A stretch of 64,000 nt of DNA from an uncultured Desulfospira sp. (lineage in GTDB: Bacteria > Desulfobacterota > Desulfobacteria > Desulfobacterales > Desulfobacteraceae): positions 3,968,001 to 4,032,000 of the forward strand of contig OY760175.1 of assembly GCA_963663165.1 (NCBI GenBank). The letters run 5' to 3'. A program made the translations under genes and the position numbers. The notes beneath the pieces are model-generated. The model did not search any database and was not told the DNA's origin. It saw only the letters and a program-made list of their open reading frames with translations. Each line of letters begins with the position of its first letter. Within the stretch, counting starts at the first letter, position 1. Of the stretch, positions 29,942 to 39,975 are shown in pieces.

Positions 29942-31026
29942 ATTGTGGGTTTTAATTTTACCACATCCCTTAAGAGATCCAGGTGTGACAAGTTTATAAG
30001 CGCATCATTATTTGTGATATAAATTTCCTCAACCCATGCCAGATTGTCCAATCCGGAAAGGGTTTCAAGAAACGGGTTATCTCCTATAGCCAGGCTGCCG
30101 TCAATTTTTGTCAGGCTCTCAAGTCCTTTTAAATCGACAAGATCTGTTTCACATACCGTAAGATAGCCGGTAATTCTCGTGATATCTTTTAATCTTTGGA
30201 TATCCGTCTGATCCCGCACCACATGATCGCCATGATGAACAAAAGGAGATCTCATACAGGCGCTGCCGCCAAAGCTGTAGGCAAAATCTTCAATAATCCC
30301 CATGGATAAATCTTTAGCGAGCATGGCCAGATCCGCCCCGTCCATATCGCCGTCCCCGCCTTCAAAATCACTCTGGCAGACCGGATCGGACTCGATGACT
30401 GTAAAAGACGAGATGTCCGCCCTTACAAATTCATGCTCCCCTCCCTGGGGATAGGATTCAAACCCCAACCCCATAGACCCTGAAAACACAGAAAGATCCG
30501 GCGCATAAGTAATCAGAGAATCATCTTCAAAAGCGTTTCCTGTGGGATCAGACAACACCAGAAGGGTGACAAAATTATCCAGCCTGAAGTCAGACCCGTG
30601 AAGGATACTGTCACCCTTCAACGGATCTCTTAATTTGAGCGCATAGACATCTTCACCATCATCGCTGTTGTTGGTGATTTCGATATCTGCCCGGCCCTTG
30701 CCGGCTGCCGTGTAATCACCGACTTGAACAGATACCTGAATGACCGCATCCTGGTAAACCCCTTTATCCGGATCACGGTATTGAAAATCCGGTATGTCGG
30801 TTTCGATGGTATATTCAAGGTAAAATGGCTCGCCAACGGAAAATTCACATTCAATCCAATTGCTTACATCCACAACGGTTCCCTTGGCCATGTATGTAAC
30901 CTGCCTGGCCCTGACGTCAGGGGCCCCTGAAACAAAGACAATCATGAATATAAGAATAACTGCTGCAAGTCTGTTTTTTATTAAAACCGGTATCATGTCC
31001 ATAAGGAATCCCTTCTTTGTTTTTGA

Positions 31027-32718
31027 GTAACTACTCACCCCATAAAAAAATGTAAAAATTTAAAAAAAAGACTTGACAGGTTTTTTGAGGTCAATTTTAA
31101 AATTTTTTAAATGGTCACCAAATCCTTTGTTAAAGCATGCTGGCGCTTATTTATCCAGAAATTTACCGTAAAATCATGACAGATGATGCCGAATACATAG
31201 AAAATCCGCTATAGAGCAAATCTCGAGCCGCCAAAAACCCGTGTTATAATGCTGACATGGCAACGGTAGATAAAAATAGTGTTCGGGAAGAAATAGCCCG
31301 TCTAAAAAAGGATTTTGAAAATCTTTGTGCTGAGGGCAAAGTATCTCCTGAGATGCGGGCTCTGATGAACAGCATGCTCCTTATTGTGGAATTGATACTA
31401 TCTATCTTCCTTGAGAAAAAGACCCGCAAAGATAACAAAAACTCAAGTCTACCGTCTTCACAAACATCTAAGGATGAGACCTCCAAATCAGATCCTGGAA
31501 GTAAAGGAAAGGGCAAAGAGGTCAGCGGTAAGCTTAGCAATGCCCGCACAAAATCAACCGTCACCGTTGCGCAAGCTGTAACATGTAATGTATGTGGTCA
31601 GCCGCTTGATCAAGCACCCTGCCAGGGATATGAGCGGCGTACCAAAATAGATATCATTTTTGAAAAAGTCGTGGATCATGTTGATGCCGAAATCAAAGAG
31701 TGCCCCAACTGTAACACGACGGTCAAAGGACAATTTCCAGAGGATATGCCAGGCCCTCTGCAATATGGGAATGGACTCAAAGCATTTGTCATTCACTTGA
31801 TCATCAGCCAAATGGTTGCACTCAACCGAGTTCAAAAGCAGATTTCTGCAATGATCGGTGTGGTAATTTCAGAAGCAACCCTTCTAAAGTTTGTCTGGCG
31901 ACTTTATCAAGCACTTGAAAGGTGGGAGGTCAAATCGATAGAAGACATTCTTCAGGCCCCATCAATTCATGTTGACGAGACATCCTTTCGGGTGGATCGA
32001 AAAAATCACTGGATACATGTGTATTCCTCCGGAGGCACCACCTTGAAGCTACTTCACCGAAAGCGAGGCAAGGAGGCGATAGTCGATTTGAATATTATTC
32101 CCCGCTATGGCGGGGTAATAATCCACGATTGCTGGGCATCATACCTGTCGTACGATCATTGTGGACATGGACTTTGTGGTTCCCATCTATTGAGGGAACT
32201 GACATTTATTGTTGAATCCAATCAGTACAGGTGGGCTGCTAATATGAAAAAGCTTTTACAGGAAACTTGTCATAAAGTAGCAAAGCGGGAAGAAAAGTGT
32301 TTGGCAGATAAAGAATACGCTAATTTGCAAAAACGATTCCGTAACATTCTTACACGAGGTGATAAAGAGCTGCCGGAAATCCCGCCAAAACCAAAAGGAA
32401 AACGCGGTAAAATGGCCAAATCAGATGCCCATAATTTGTGGGAAAGGCTTAAAAATAATGAAGCGGCCGTTTTGCTGTTTGCCAAGGACCCATATGTTCC
32501 ATTCACTAATAATCGGGCAGAACGCGATCTTCGGATGGCAAAGGTAAAACAGAAAATATCAGGTTGTTTTCGATGTCAGCAATATGCTCATGCTTATTGT
32601 CGAATTTCAAGCTACCTGCAAACCATGGCAAACAAAGGCGTGAATCCTCTTGTTGCCATTCAGCTTGCTTTGGCAGGTGAAATCCCCGGTGTCGATTTTG
32701 ACCGGGGTGAGTAGTTAC
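31027..32718 (+). mobile_element. IS66-family (single-ORF, ISBst12-like) element, 1,692 bp
   Basis: IR GTAACTACTCACCCC; 8-bp TSD GTTTTTGA (31019-31026, 32719-32726). Confidence 0.9.
31257..32714 (+). CDS. IS66 family transposase
   Basis: NSSLPSS, Zn finger, HVDETSF, IHDCW..Y, CGSHLLREL, FTNNRAERDLR. Confidence 0.93.
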   Translation: MATVDKNSVREEIARLKKDFENLCAEGKVSPEMRALMNSMLLIVELILSIFLEKKTRKDNKNSSLPSSQTSKDETSKSDPGSKGKGKEVSGKLSNARTKSTVTVAQAVTCNVCGQPLDQAPCQGYERRTKIDIIFEKVVDHVDAEIKECPNCNTTVKGQFPEDMPGPLQYGNGLKAFVIHLIISQMVALNRVQKQISAMIGVVISEATLLKFVWRLYQALERWEVKSIEDILQAPSIHVDETSFRVDRKNHWIHVYSSGGTTLKLLHRKRGKEAIVDLNIIPRYGGVIIHDCWASYLSYDHCGHGLCGSHLLRELTFIVESNQYRWAANMKKLLQETCHKVAKREEKCLADKEYANLQKRFRNILTRGDKELPEIPPKPKGKRGKMAKSDAHNLWERLKNNEAAVLLFAKDPYVPFTNNRAERDLRMAKVKQKISGCFRCQQYAHAYCRISSYLQTMANKGVNPLVAIQLALAGEIPGVDFDRGE

Positions 32719-32772
32719 GTTTTTGAAAAAAATTGAGGCATAAGGTAACGCCCTTCAGCCTGCCCCCCTGCC

Positions 32773-33798
32773 TCAGTGCTGCACAAGCTTTGCAAAGCCG
32801 GCGGATTCAAACTCCTCGAACCCGGTATCCGTCTTTTGAATAATCAGGCATTCCACCTGGTCCAGGCTGTTGATCATGGCGATGCCGTCTTTGATATCCA
32901 TGACCATCAAGGCCGTGGCCAGGCCGTCGGCCAGGGTACAGTCCGGGGCAATGACCGAGGTTGAGACCACCTGATTTTTTACCGGGTATCCGGTTTTGGG
33001 GTCAATGATGTGGGAATAGGTCTGGTGGTTATTGACCACATAGTTCCGGTAATCCCCGGAGGTGGCAATGGCTTGATTTTTTAAAGTGACGACCCGGTAA
33101 ATCCCCTGGTTCATCTGATTCTTTTCCGGCCGGATAATACCCACGGACCAGGGTTTTCGTTTCTGATTATGGCCGGCTCCGGAAACTTCGCCCCCGATTT
33201 CCACCAAATAATCTTTAATGTCATAAGACCGCAGAAGCCCGGCAACGGCATCCACGCCAAAGCCCTTGGCAATGGAGCCAAGATCCAGGGTGACCCGGCC
33301 TGCTGCGGCCGTAAGGGTCTTTGGGGTCAGTGCCAGCTTGTCAAAACCCACCCGGCTTAAGGCAGAGGCAATCTTATCGGGTTCCGGAACCGCAAATTTT
33401 CCGGACCGGGTCCCGAATCCCCAAAGGTCCACCAGGGGCTTGACCGTCCCGTCCCAGGCCCCGCGGCTCAACTGATATATTCGTCGGGATACGGACAAAA
33501 CCGTTGAAAAATCCGGGCTGATCTCGAAAGGGGTGCCGGCCGGCTGCCGGTTGAAACGTGAAATCTCGCTGTCAGGGTCAAACATGGACAGATTCTTGTT
33601 GATCTGTTTGAGGCGTTTATCGATCCGGTTTTGCCAGGTTTCGGGAAACTCTTTTTTAGCGGTAATCAGCTTGACCGAATAAAAGGTGCCCATGGTTTTT
33701 CCGGTAACCGCGGTCTGGTGCCGGGCGGCAAGGGCGGGGCCACCGGTGAGAAGCAGGCTGGACAGGATCAGTATGGGCAGTAAGATGCGGATTTTCAT
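32773..33798 (-). CDS. apbE: FAD:protein FMN transferase ApbE
   Basis: MGTFY, DLGSIAKGFGVD, EIGGE, ATSGDYRNY, SHIIDPKTG, ADGLATA. Confidence 0.95.
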   Translation of the reverse strand: MKIRILLPILILSSLLLTGGPALAARHQTAVTGKTMGTFYSVKLITAKKEFPETWQNRIDKRLKQINKNLSMFDPDSEISRFNRQPAGTPFEISPDFSTVLSVSRRIYQLSRGAWDGTVKPLVDLWGFGTRSGKFAVPEPDKIASALSRVGFDKLALTPKTLTAAAGRVTLDLGSIAKGFGVDAVAGLLRSYDIKDYLVEIGGEVSGAGHNQKRKPWSVGIIRPEKNQMNQGIYRVVTLKNQAIATSGDYRNYVVNNHQTYSHIIDPKTGYPVKNQVVSTSVIAPDCTLADGLATALMVMDIKDGIAMINSLDQVECLIIQKTDTGFEEFESAGFAKLVQH

Positions 33799-34493
33799 GG
33801 ATACCCCCCCCTTAAAAAGGATGAAGGATGAAGGCTGAAGGATGAAAAGGGCGTTGTCCGGCAGTCTTCATCGAATTTTAAGCGTTAACCAGTACGGGTG
33901 CCAAAACCCGGGCTGTTCAGAATGGTTATATAAGACTGCCGGTGTAATTTCAATATGTTGGGGGCTGTTTTCCTGGGTAACCGCATTTATAATTTAGCAT
34001 GATATTGGGATGTTGCTGGTAAATTTTTTAAATGTAAACGCCTTGCTTTCCATTACCCTGAAAAGGAAATTTTACAGGGCATAATCTTGATTTCTTGCCG
34101 CAAGTATAGAACTTGACCACCCTACCATATGTTGTGGCTGGGGAGCGGGGCAAAAAACGACGGCGAATACCACGATTGTGGTCTGCTAAAAATTGGAATT
34201 GGCAGGAATTGGAAACTCCGTGATACACGTCATATTGCTCGCCGGTTTGATGATTTCAAAAGTGTGGAAGTACAGGGATAGTCCGGAGCAGGCTGTCATC
34301 GAAACATTGCGTCTCGTCGTCAATGTAGTCCTCACCTCCCAAAAATTCAGTTTGATCTTGCCAACATATACATAATGCAGAAAAAATGACCAAAAGAACG
34401 CCTGTGAAAAATTAAAATCATAGGGTATATTAAGAATAGGTTTTTTTGCGGTATCATTACCGAAAACGGTTAACATAAAGACAGGACGTTTCA

Positions 34494-34742
34494 ATGCCGG
34501 AAATTACGAGATTTTACGGGATTATTATCAAACTCTTCTTTGGGGATCATCCTCCACCACATTTTCACGCTGTGTATGGTGAATACCTCGCACTTTTCGA
34601 TATTAACTCTTTAAACGTGATTGAAGGGGATCTTCCGCCAAGGGCCAGGAAATTAGTTTTGGAATGGGCTGAAAAATATCAGGCTGAATTAAAGACGATC
34701 TGGGAAACTCAAAAATTTAAAAAATTACCACCTTTGGAGTGA
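34494..34742 (+). CDS. DUF4160 domain protein (putative toxin-antitoxin component)
   Basis: MPEITRFYGI.I....DHPPPHFHA.YG signature. Confidence 0.9.
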   Translation: MPEITRFYGIIIKLFFGDHPPPHFHAVYGEYLALFDINSLNVIEGDLPPRARKLVLEWAEKYQAELKTIWETQKFKKLPPLE

Positions 34743-34750
34743 TTTGAAAA

Positions 34751-35011
34751 ATGACTGTACCTAAAATAAAAACTGCGGTCGTGGCCGATCAACATACTCT
34801 CGTTATTACATTTGTTAATGGAGAGGTCAAAAAATACAATATCAGCAGGCTGTTAACTAATGAAATGTTCTCACCTCTTAAAAACCAGGCATTTTTCAGA
34901 AACGTTAAAGTGGAGCCAGGCGGATATGCTGTATATTGGGATGATATGATTGATATTAGTGAATATGAATTATGGAAAAACGGAATTTCGGAAAACCCTT
35001 CAAACGCCTAA
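34751..35011 (+). CDS. DUF2442 domain protein (putative toxin-antitoxin component)
   Basis: L.ITFVNGE...Y......F.PL....FF..V....GYAVYW....DI...EL; usual partner of DUF4160. Confidence 0.88.
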   Translation: MTVPKIKTAVVADQHTLVITFVNGEVKKYNISRLLTNEMFSPLKNQAFFRNVKVEPGGYAVYWDDMIDISEYELWKNGISENPSNA

Positions 35012-35241
35012 TTGCTTCTAACAATTAGTTTCCTGAACAGAGAGCCATCAATGGCACAATCAGATTTATAATGTTTTTCAACACACCTGAATTTACAGGG
35101 ATAGTCCGGAGCAGGCTGTCATCGAAACATTGCGTCTCGTCGTCAATGTAGTCCTCACCTCATGTTATCTCGTATATTCTAACAGGACCTCAATAGTTTC
35201 ATTAAAATTTATCCTAAAAAGCCATTTTTAATCAGAGCAAG

Positions 35242-35326
35242 ATTTGCAGTAACGATATTTTTGTAAAATTAAGTTGACAATTGATTGTTCTTGAGTTAAT
35301 TTGCAGTAACGTCATTACGGCAAATT
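35242..35326 (+). promoter_or_regulatory. Promoter/operator of the RM-defence operon
   Basis: TTGACA 35274-35279, 17 bp, TAATTT; ATTTGCAGTAACG at 35242 and 35299; imperfect palindrome AATTTGCAGTAA..TTACGGCAAATT at 35298-35326. Confidence 0.6.
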
Positions 35327-35332
35327 GGAGAT

Positions 35333-35914
35333 ATGGTGAAAAAAAAATTAAAAGAAATAACATCTGTGCAAATGGGGTACTCGTTCAGGTCCCGTCTCGA
35401 AGCCTCTGAGGGCGGCCAAGTTGCAGTTATTCAGATGAAGGATCTTCTGGATGACAACACGGTCGGCTGTGATGGTTTGGTCAGAATCAATATGGAAGCC
35501 ATGAAAGACCACCACCTTGCGCAAAGAGGTGATCTGGTATTCAGGTCTCGTGGATCTCTAACTACGGCAGCGGTTCTTCTTGAAGATCCGGGCAAGGCTG
35601 TTGTCGCCGCTCCTTTGTTAAGGATAAGGGTAACGAGGAAGGATTTGGTTTTACCCGAATATCTGAACTGGTACATCAGCCAGCGGGATGCGCAAATTTT
35701 TTTGACCAGCCGTGCCAAGGGGACGGTTCAAAAAATGATCAGTAAGCAGGCCATTGAAGATTTGGAAGTGGCGCTGCCAAGTCTGGAAAAACAGAAAAAC
35801 ATCTTAGAGCTGGCCATGCTTATCGCGAGGGAAAAAGCCCTGCTTCATACGATGGCCGATAAGCGGGAACAATACATTTCAACAATACTGATGCAGTTTG
35901 CAAAAGGGGAATAA
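35333..35914 (+). CDS. Single-TRD type I RM specificity-like protein
   Basis: GDLVFRSRG, PEYLNWYI, GTVQKMISK..IEDLEVALPSLEKQ; 193 aa half-HsdS. Confidence 0.8.
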   Translation: MVKKKLKEITSVQMGYSFRSRLEASEGGQVAVIQMKDLLDDNTVGCDGLVRINMEAMKDHHLAQRGDLVFRSRGSLTTAAVLLEDPGKAVVAAPLLRIRVTRKDLVLPEYLNWYISQRDAQIFLTSRAKGTVQKMISKQAIEDLEVALPSLEKQKNILELAMLIAREKALLHTMADKREQYISTILMQFAKGE

Positions 35915-35917
35915 AAC

Positions 35918-37495
35918 ATGAGCAGCCAAATTGACCAAAAAGATATCAACAACGCGGCATGGGCGGCGTGTGACACCTTCCGGGGCGTTGTTGATCCGGC
36001 GCAGTACAAAGACTACATTCTCGTGATGCTGTTTTTGAAATACATCTCTGATGTCTGGCAGGACCATTACGAAGCGTATCAGGCGCAGTATGGCCATGAC
36101 GATGTTCGTATCCGCCGCAAGCTTGAGCGTGAACGTTTTGTTCTCCCGCAGGTGTTACTCACTGAAAAGAATGACGAAACAGGTGAAGAGACTGTTCTGG
36201 ATGAATTTCCCGCCACCTATTACAGCTTGTATGAGCGCCGGTCTGCCGCCAACATCGGTGAGTTGATTAATATTGTACTCGACCATATTGAAGAGAGCAA
36301 CAAGAGCAAGCTCGAAGGGGTGTTCCGTAATATCGACTTCAACAGCGAAGCCAACCTCGGCAAAACCAAGGATAGGAATCGTCGTCTGAAACAACTGCTT
36401 GAGGATTTCCATAAGCCACAGCTCAACATGAAGCCCAGCCTCGTTTCCGAGGATGTCATCGGTAATACCTACATCTACCTGATTGAGCGCTTCGCCTCCG
36501 ACTCCGGAAAGAAGGCAGGAGAGTTCTTTACCCCGCTGAAGGTGACCGAACTGGTGGCCAAGCTGGCAGGTCCCAAACCGGGCGATCGTATCTGTGACCC
36601 GGCCTGCGGATCAGGCGGACTTTTGATTCAGGCTGCTAAACAGGTAGACGGCCGAGATTTTGCCCTCTTCGGACAAGAATCTAACGGGAGCACATGGGCG
36701 CTCTGTCGCATGAACATGTTCCTGCACAGTTTTGACAGCGCCCGGGTTGAGTGGTGCGACACCCTGAACAGTCCGCTGCTGGTGGAAAATGACCGGCTCA
36801 TGAAATTCGACTGCGTGGTGGCCAATCCGCCGTTCTCACTGGATAAGTGGGGGGCCGAAAATGCCGATAGCGACCAGTACAACCGTTTCTGGCGCGGGGT
36901 GCCGCCAAAGAGCAAAGGCGACTGGGCCTTTATCAGCCACATGGTGGAAACCGCCCTTGAAAAGCAGGGCCGGGTTGCCGTGGTGGTACCCCATGGCGTG
37001 CTGTTCCGGGGCGCAGCCGAAGGCCGTATCCGCCGGAAAATGATCGAAGAAAACCTGCTGGATGCGGTCATTGGATTGCCGGGCAATCTGTTCCCGACCA
37101 CCAATATTCCGGTGGCTATATTAGTTTTTCACCGCTCCCGTGAAAAAGGCGGAGCCCGTGAAGAGTGCAAAAACGTCCTCTTTGTGGATGCCAGCCGTGA
37201 GTTTGTCTCCGGCAAAAACCAGAACAGCCTCTCAGATGCGCATATCGGCAAGATCCTGGAGACCTGCGCCAACCGGGTCGAGGTGGAAAAATACGCCCAT
37301 GTGGCCGAGTTTGCCGAGATTAAGGAAAACGACTTCAACCTCAATATCCCCCGCTATGTGGATACCTTTGAAGAGGAAGAGGAGATCGATATCGATGCGG
37401 TGCAGGTGGAAATTGAGGCCATCGAAAAAGAATTGGCTGAAGTCAGGGTACAGATGGCGGAAAAACTTCAGCAAATCAACCGAGGGAATGTATAA
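35918..37495 (+). CDS. hsdM: Type I RM methyltransferase subunit
   Basis: GEFFTP, DPACGSGG, VANPPF, PHGVLFRG, NLNIPRYVD. Confidence 0.96.
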   Translation: MSSQIDQKDINNAAWAACDTFRGVVDPAQYKDYILVMLFLKYISDVWQDHYEAYQAQYGHDDVRIRRKLERERFVLPQVLLTEKNDETGEETVLDEFPATYYSLYERRSAANIGELINIVLDHIEESNKSKLEGVFRNIDFNSEANLGKTKDRNRRLKQLLEDFHKPQLNMKPSLVSEDVIGNTYIYLIERFASDSGKKAGEFFTPLKVTELVAKLAGPKPGDRICDPACGSGGLLIQAAKQVDGRDFALFGQESNGSTWALCRMNMFLHSFDSARVEWCDTLNSPLLVENDRLMKFDCVVANPPFSLDKWGAENADSDQYNRFWRGVPPKSKGDWAFISHMVETALEKQGRVAVVVPHGVLFRGAAEGRIRRKMIEENLLDAVIGLPGNLFPTTNIPVAILVFHRSREKGGAREECKNVLFVDASREFVSGKNQNSLSDAHIGKILETCANRVEVEKYAHVAEFAEIKENDFNLNIPRYVDTFEEEEEIDIDAVQVEIEAIEKELAEVRVQMAEKLQQINRGNV

Positions 37496-38355
37496 TGGAT
37501 CACAAGACAATTACTAAACTGATAAGTTCATTCGACACCCTTGTACACGAAATTCCAGAAGAATCCATCGAGTTTTGGTATGCCAGAGAGATCATGACAG
37601 TTCTCGGGTACGACCGATGGGAAAATTTCAGCAAGGTCATCCACAAAGCGTCCATTGCCTGTGAGACCGCAGGTGGCGTGGCTGCCAACCATTTTCGTGG
37701 CGTCACGAAAATGGTCCCTATCGGTTCCGGGGCAGAAAGACCTGTTGAAGATATCATGCTTACCCGTTATGCCTGTTATCTTATCGCCCAAAACGGTGAT
37801 CCCCGAAAAGAAGCCATCGCTTTTGCCCAGACCTATTTTGCCCTGCAAACCCGCAAGCAGGAACTCATTGAAGAGCGTCTTCGTTTGCAGGAGCGCCTCC
37901 AGGCCCGGCAAAAGCTGACTGAATCGGAAACGGAACTTTCCAGAAACATATACGAACGCGGAGTGGATGAGCGTGGCTTTGGCCGTATCCGTTCCAAAGG
38001 TGATGCGGCTTTGTTTGGTGGCAATACCACGGCAGGAATGAAGGAAAAATTGGGAATGCCTCCCGGCAGACCGCTGGCAGATTTTCTGCCAACAGTAACC
38101 ATCGCCGCCAAGAACCTTGCCGCAGAAATTACCAATTTCAATGTGCGTGAACATGATATGCAGGGGGAGTCCGCCATAACCGGTGAACACGTTCAGAATA
38201 ATACCAGCGTCCGCAATATGCTGGGTGAGCGTGGTATTAAACCGGAAGAGCTGCCGCCGGAAGAGGATATTAAAAAGCTGGAGCGGCGGGTGAAGTCGGC
38301 TGAGAAAAAGTTGATTAGGGGGTGTGAGTTGCCACAGAAGGGGGATGAGGTATAA
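37495..38355 (+). CDS. dinD: DNA damage-inducible protein D family
   Basis: EFWYARE...LGY.RWENF, LTRYACYLIAQNGDPRK..IAFAQTYFA.QTRKQE. Confidence 0.9.
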   Translation: MDHKTITKLISSFDTLVHEIPEESIEFWYAREIMTVLGYDRWENFSKVIHKASIACETAGGVAANHFRGVTKMVPIGSGAERPVEDIMLTRYACYLIAQNGDPRKEAIAFAQTYFALQTRKQELIEERLRLQERLQARQKLTESETELSRNIYERGVDERGFGRIRSKGDAALFGGNTTAGMKEKLGMPPGRPLADFLPTVTIAAKNLAAEITNFNVREHDMQGESAITGEHVQNNTSVRNMLGERGIKPEELPPEEDIKKLERRVKSAEKKLIRGCELPQKGDEV

Positions 38356-38423
38356 GTGATGAATGATGAATTAAAGAAAAACTCAACATTGAGCAGTTAT
38401 AACTTGCCTCTCGGCCAATCTGC

Positions 38424-39728
38424 ATGGCTCAAGGAGATTCAGCGATGATGCAACTGCGCGATATCCCAGCAGGATGGAAGTACTTAAAACTTAAAAAGTT
38501 ATTAACTCAAGATATTAAGAATGGATATTCGCCAAATTGTCCTGAGGAGCCTAATGGTAGTTGGATTTTAAGCTTAAGAAATCTAACCGGAAATGGCTTT
38601 GATCCTTCTCAGGCAAAACCGGCGCCTAAGGGCGATGTCAGAGTGAAAGATTTTTTGTTAGAGTCTGGCGATTTTTTAATAAGTCGATCCAATACGCTTG
38701 ATAAAGTCGGAAGGACAATGCTGTTTAAAGGTGAAATTGAAAATTGTTCCTATCCGGACTTGCTTATGAAATTTCGTGTCGATGAGACTCAAGTCATAAA
38801 TGAATATTTGGAAGGATATTTAAGAAGTTCAATAGTTCGGAGATACCTCCAAGGCCGCGCCTCTGGTACAAGCCATAGTATGGTGAAAATCAATAAAACA
38901 GTGGTCGGAAAAATACCTGTCATTTTGCCTTCTCATCCAGAACAAAAAGCCATTGCCGATCTGCTGTCCACCTGGGATGAGGCCATCGAGAAAACCGAGC
39001 GGCTGATTCAGGCGAAGGAAAAGCAATTAAGACAGATGTCGAGATGGTTGCTTTTTGGTCACAAAAGATTGGGGAATCAAAATAATGAGTTGGCTGATGC
39101 TCACTTTTTCAAATACCCGTCTGATTGGACATTGGTCAAAATTGAAAAAATTGCAAAGGAAGTCTCCGTACGTAATGATGAGTCCGACGAGACTGTGCTG
39201 TCATGCTCAAAATATGATGGGTTTGTCAATTCACTGGACTACTTCGGAAAACAAGTCTTCAGTAGCGATACATCCAATTACAAAATCGTTAAAAAAGGAC
39301 AGTTCGGCTATCCCTCAAATCATGTCGAAGAGGGTTCAATAGGTCTTCTTAAACACTGTGAAAAAGGCATTGTCAGTCCAATCTACGTTGTGTTTGAAGC
39401 TTCAAAAGAGAAGGTGCATTCACCGTTTTTGTACAAGCTGCTTAAAACAGACATTTATCGGCACATTTTCCAAGTCAGCACGAGCTCATCGGTTGACCGT
39501 CGTGGCAGTCTCCGCTGGGGTGACTTTTCTAAAATTAAGGTGCTGGTTCCGTCGCTTGAGGAACAACAGGAAATCTCGGAGAATCTGGCTTCAGCCCAGC
39601 ACGAAATCGACCTGCTGAAACAGCTCGCAGAAAAATACAAAACCCAAAAACGCGGTCTGATGCAGAAGATGCTCACCGGCGAATGGCGGGTAAAACCGGA
39701 AATCGTTAACCAATACATGGAGGCGTAA
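38424..39728 (+). CDS. hsdS: Type I RM specificity subunit
   Basis: Two TRDs separated by P..PEQKAIADLLS..DE.IE; C-terminal QKRGLMQKMLTG. Confidence 0.92.
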   Translation: MAQGDSAMMQLRDIPAGWKYLKLKKLLTQDIKNGYSPNCPEEPNGSWILSLRNLTGNGFDPSQAKPAPKGDVRVKDFLLESGDFLISRSNTLDKVGRTMLFKGEIENCSYPDLLMKFRVDETQVINEYLEGYLRSSIVRRYLQGRASGTSHSMVKINKTVVGKIPVILPSHPEQKAIADLLSTWDEAIEKTERLIQAKEKQLRQMSRWLLFGHKRLGNQNNELADAHFFKYPSDWTLVKIEKIAKEVSVRNDESDETVLSCSKYDGFVNSLDYFGKQVFSSDTSNYKIVKKGQFGYPSNHVEEGSIGLLKHCEKGIVSPIYVVFEASKEKVHSPFLYKLLKTDIYRHIFQVSTSSSVDRRGSLRWGDFSKIKVLVPSLEEQQEISENLASAQHEIDLLKQLAEKYKTQKRGLMQKMLTGEWRVKPEIVNQYMEA

Positions 39729-39730
39729 TC

Positions 39731-39964
39731 ATGGCTAAAGGTAAAAATCAACACGTTGTAAAGCATCCCGATGGCTGGGCGGTAAAGGGTGAGGGGAACA
39801 GCAAAGCGACCAAGGTGACCCGCACTCAGGCGCAGGCCATTGAAAAGGCAGAGAACATTGCCAGAAACCAGAAATCGGACACCAAAATTCATGGCGTGAA
39901 CGGAAAGATTCGGGCTGGCAACAGCTATGGAAACGACTCGTGTCCTCCTAAAGATAAAAAGTAA
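39731..39964 (+). CDS. DUF2188 domain protein
   Basis: NQHVV...GWAVKGEG..KAT....TQ..AI..A..IA.NQ.....IH..NGKIR..NSYG.D..PP. Confidence 0.9.
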   Translation: MAKGKNQHVVKHPDGWAVKGEGNSKATKVTRTQAQAIEKAENIARNQKSDTKIHGVNGKIRAGNSYGNDSCPPKDKK

Positions 39965-39975
39965 GGAGTGATTCA

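Larger units (their letters stand above)
25825..29969 (+). mobile_element. ISAzo13-family IS (copy 1), itself interrupted by another IS
   Basis: Near-identical to 40244-41623; IR GGGCCTCAGAAAAATTAATATCCACAATTC / GGGATGTGGTAAAATTAAAACCCACAATTC; TSD TTA. Confidence 0.9.
25391..31002 (-). pseudogene. Secreted receptor-L-domain (LRR-like) protein interrupted by nested IS
   Basis: N-part 29970-31002 and C-part 25391-25821 re-join in frame (DLL|SYIDS), 487 aa; repeats LxxLxGLxxLxxI.GxLxIxxN; dockerin-like DGDMDGADL. Confidence 0.85.
34271..35161 (+). repeat. 68-bp perfect direct repeat (34271-34338, 35094-35161) flanking a DUF4160/DUF2442 pair
   Basis: TACAGGGATAGTCCGGAGCAGG...GTAGTCCTCACCTC identical in both copies. 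Confidence 0.9.

Noticed and set aside
33818..33847. Heptamer repeats (GGATGAA; also AAGAAAC near 24283-24310)
   Set aside because: Short intergenic simple repeats with no associated system
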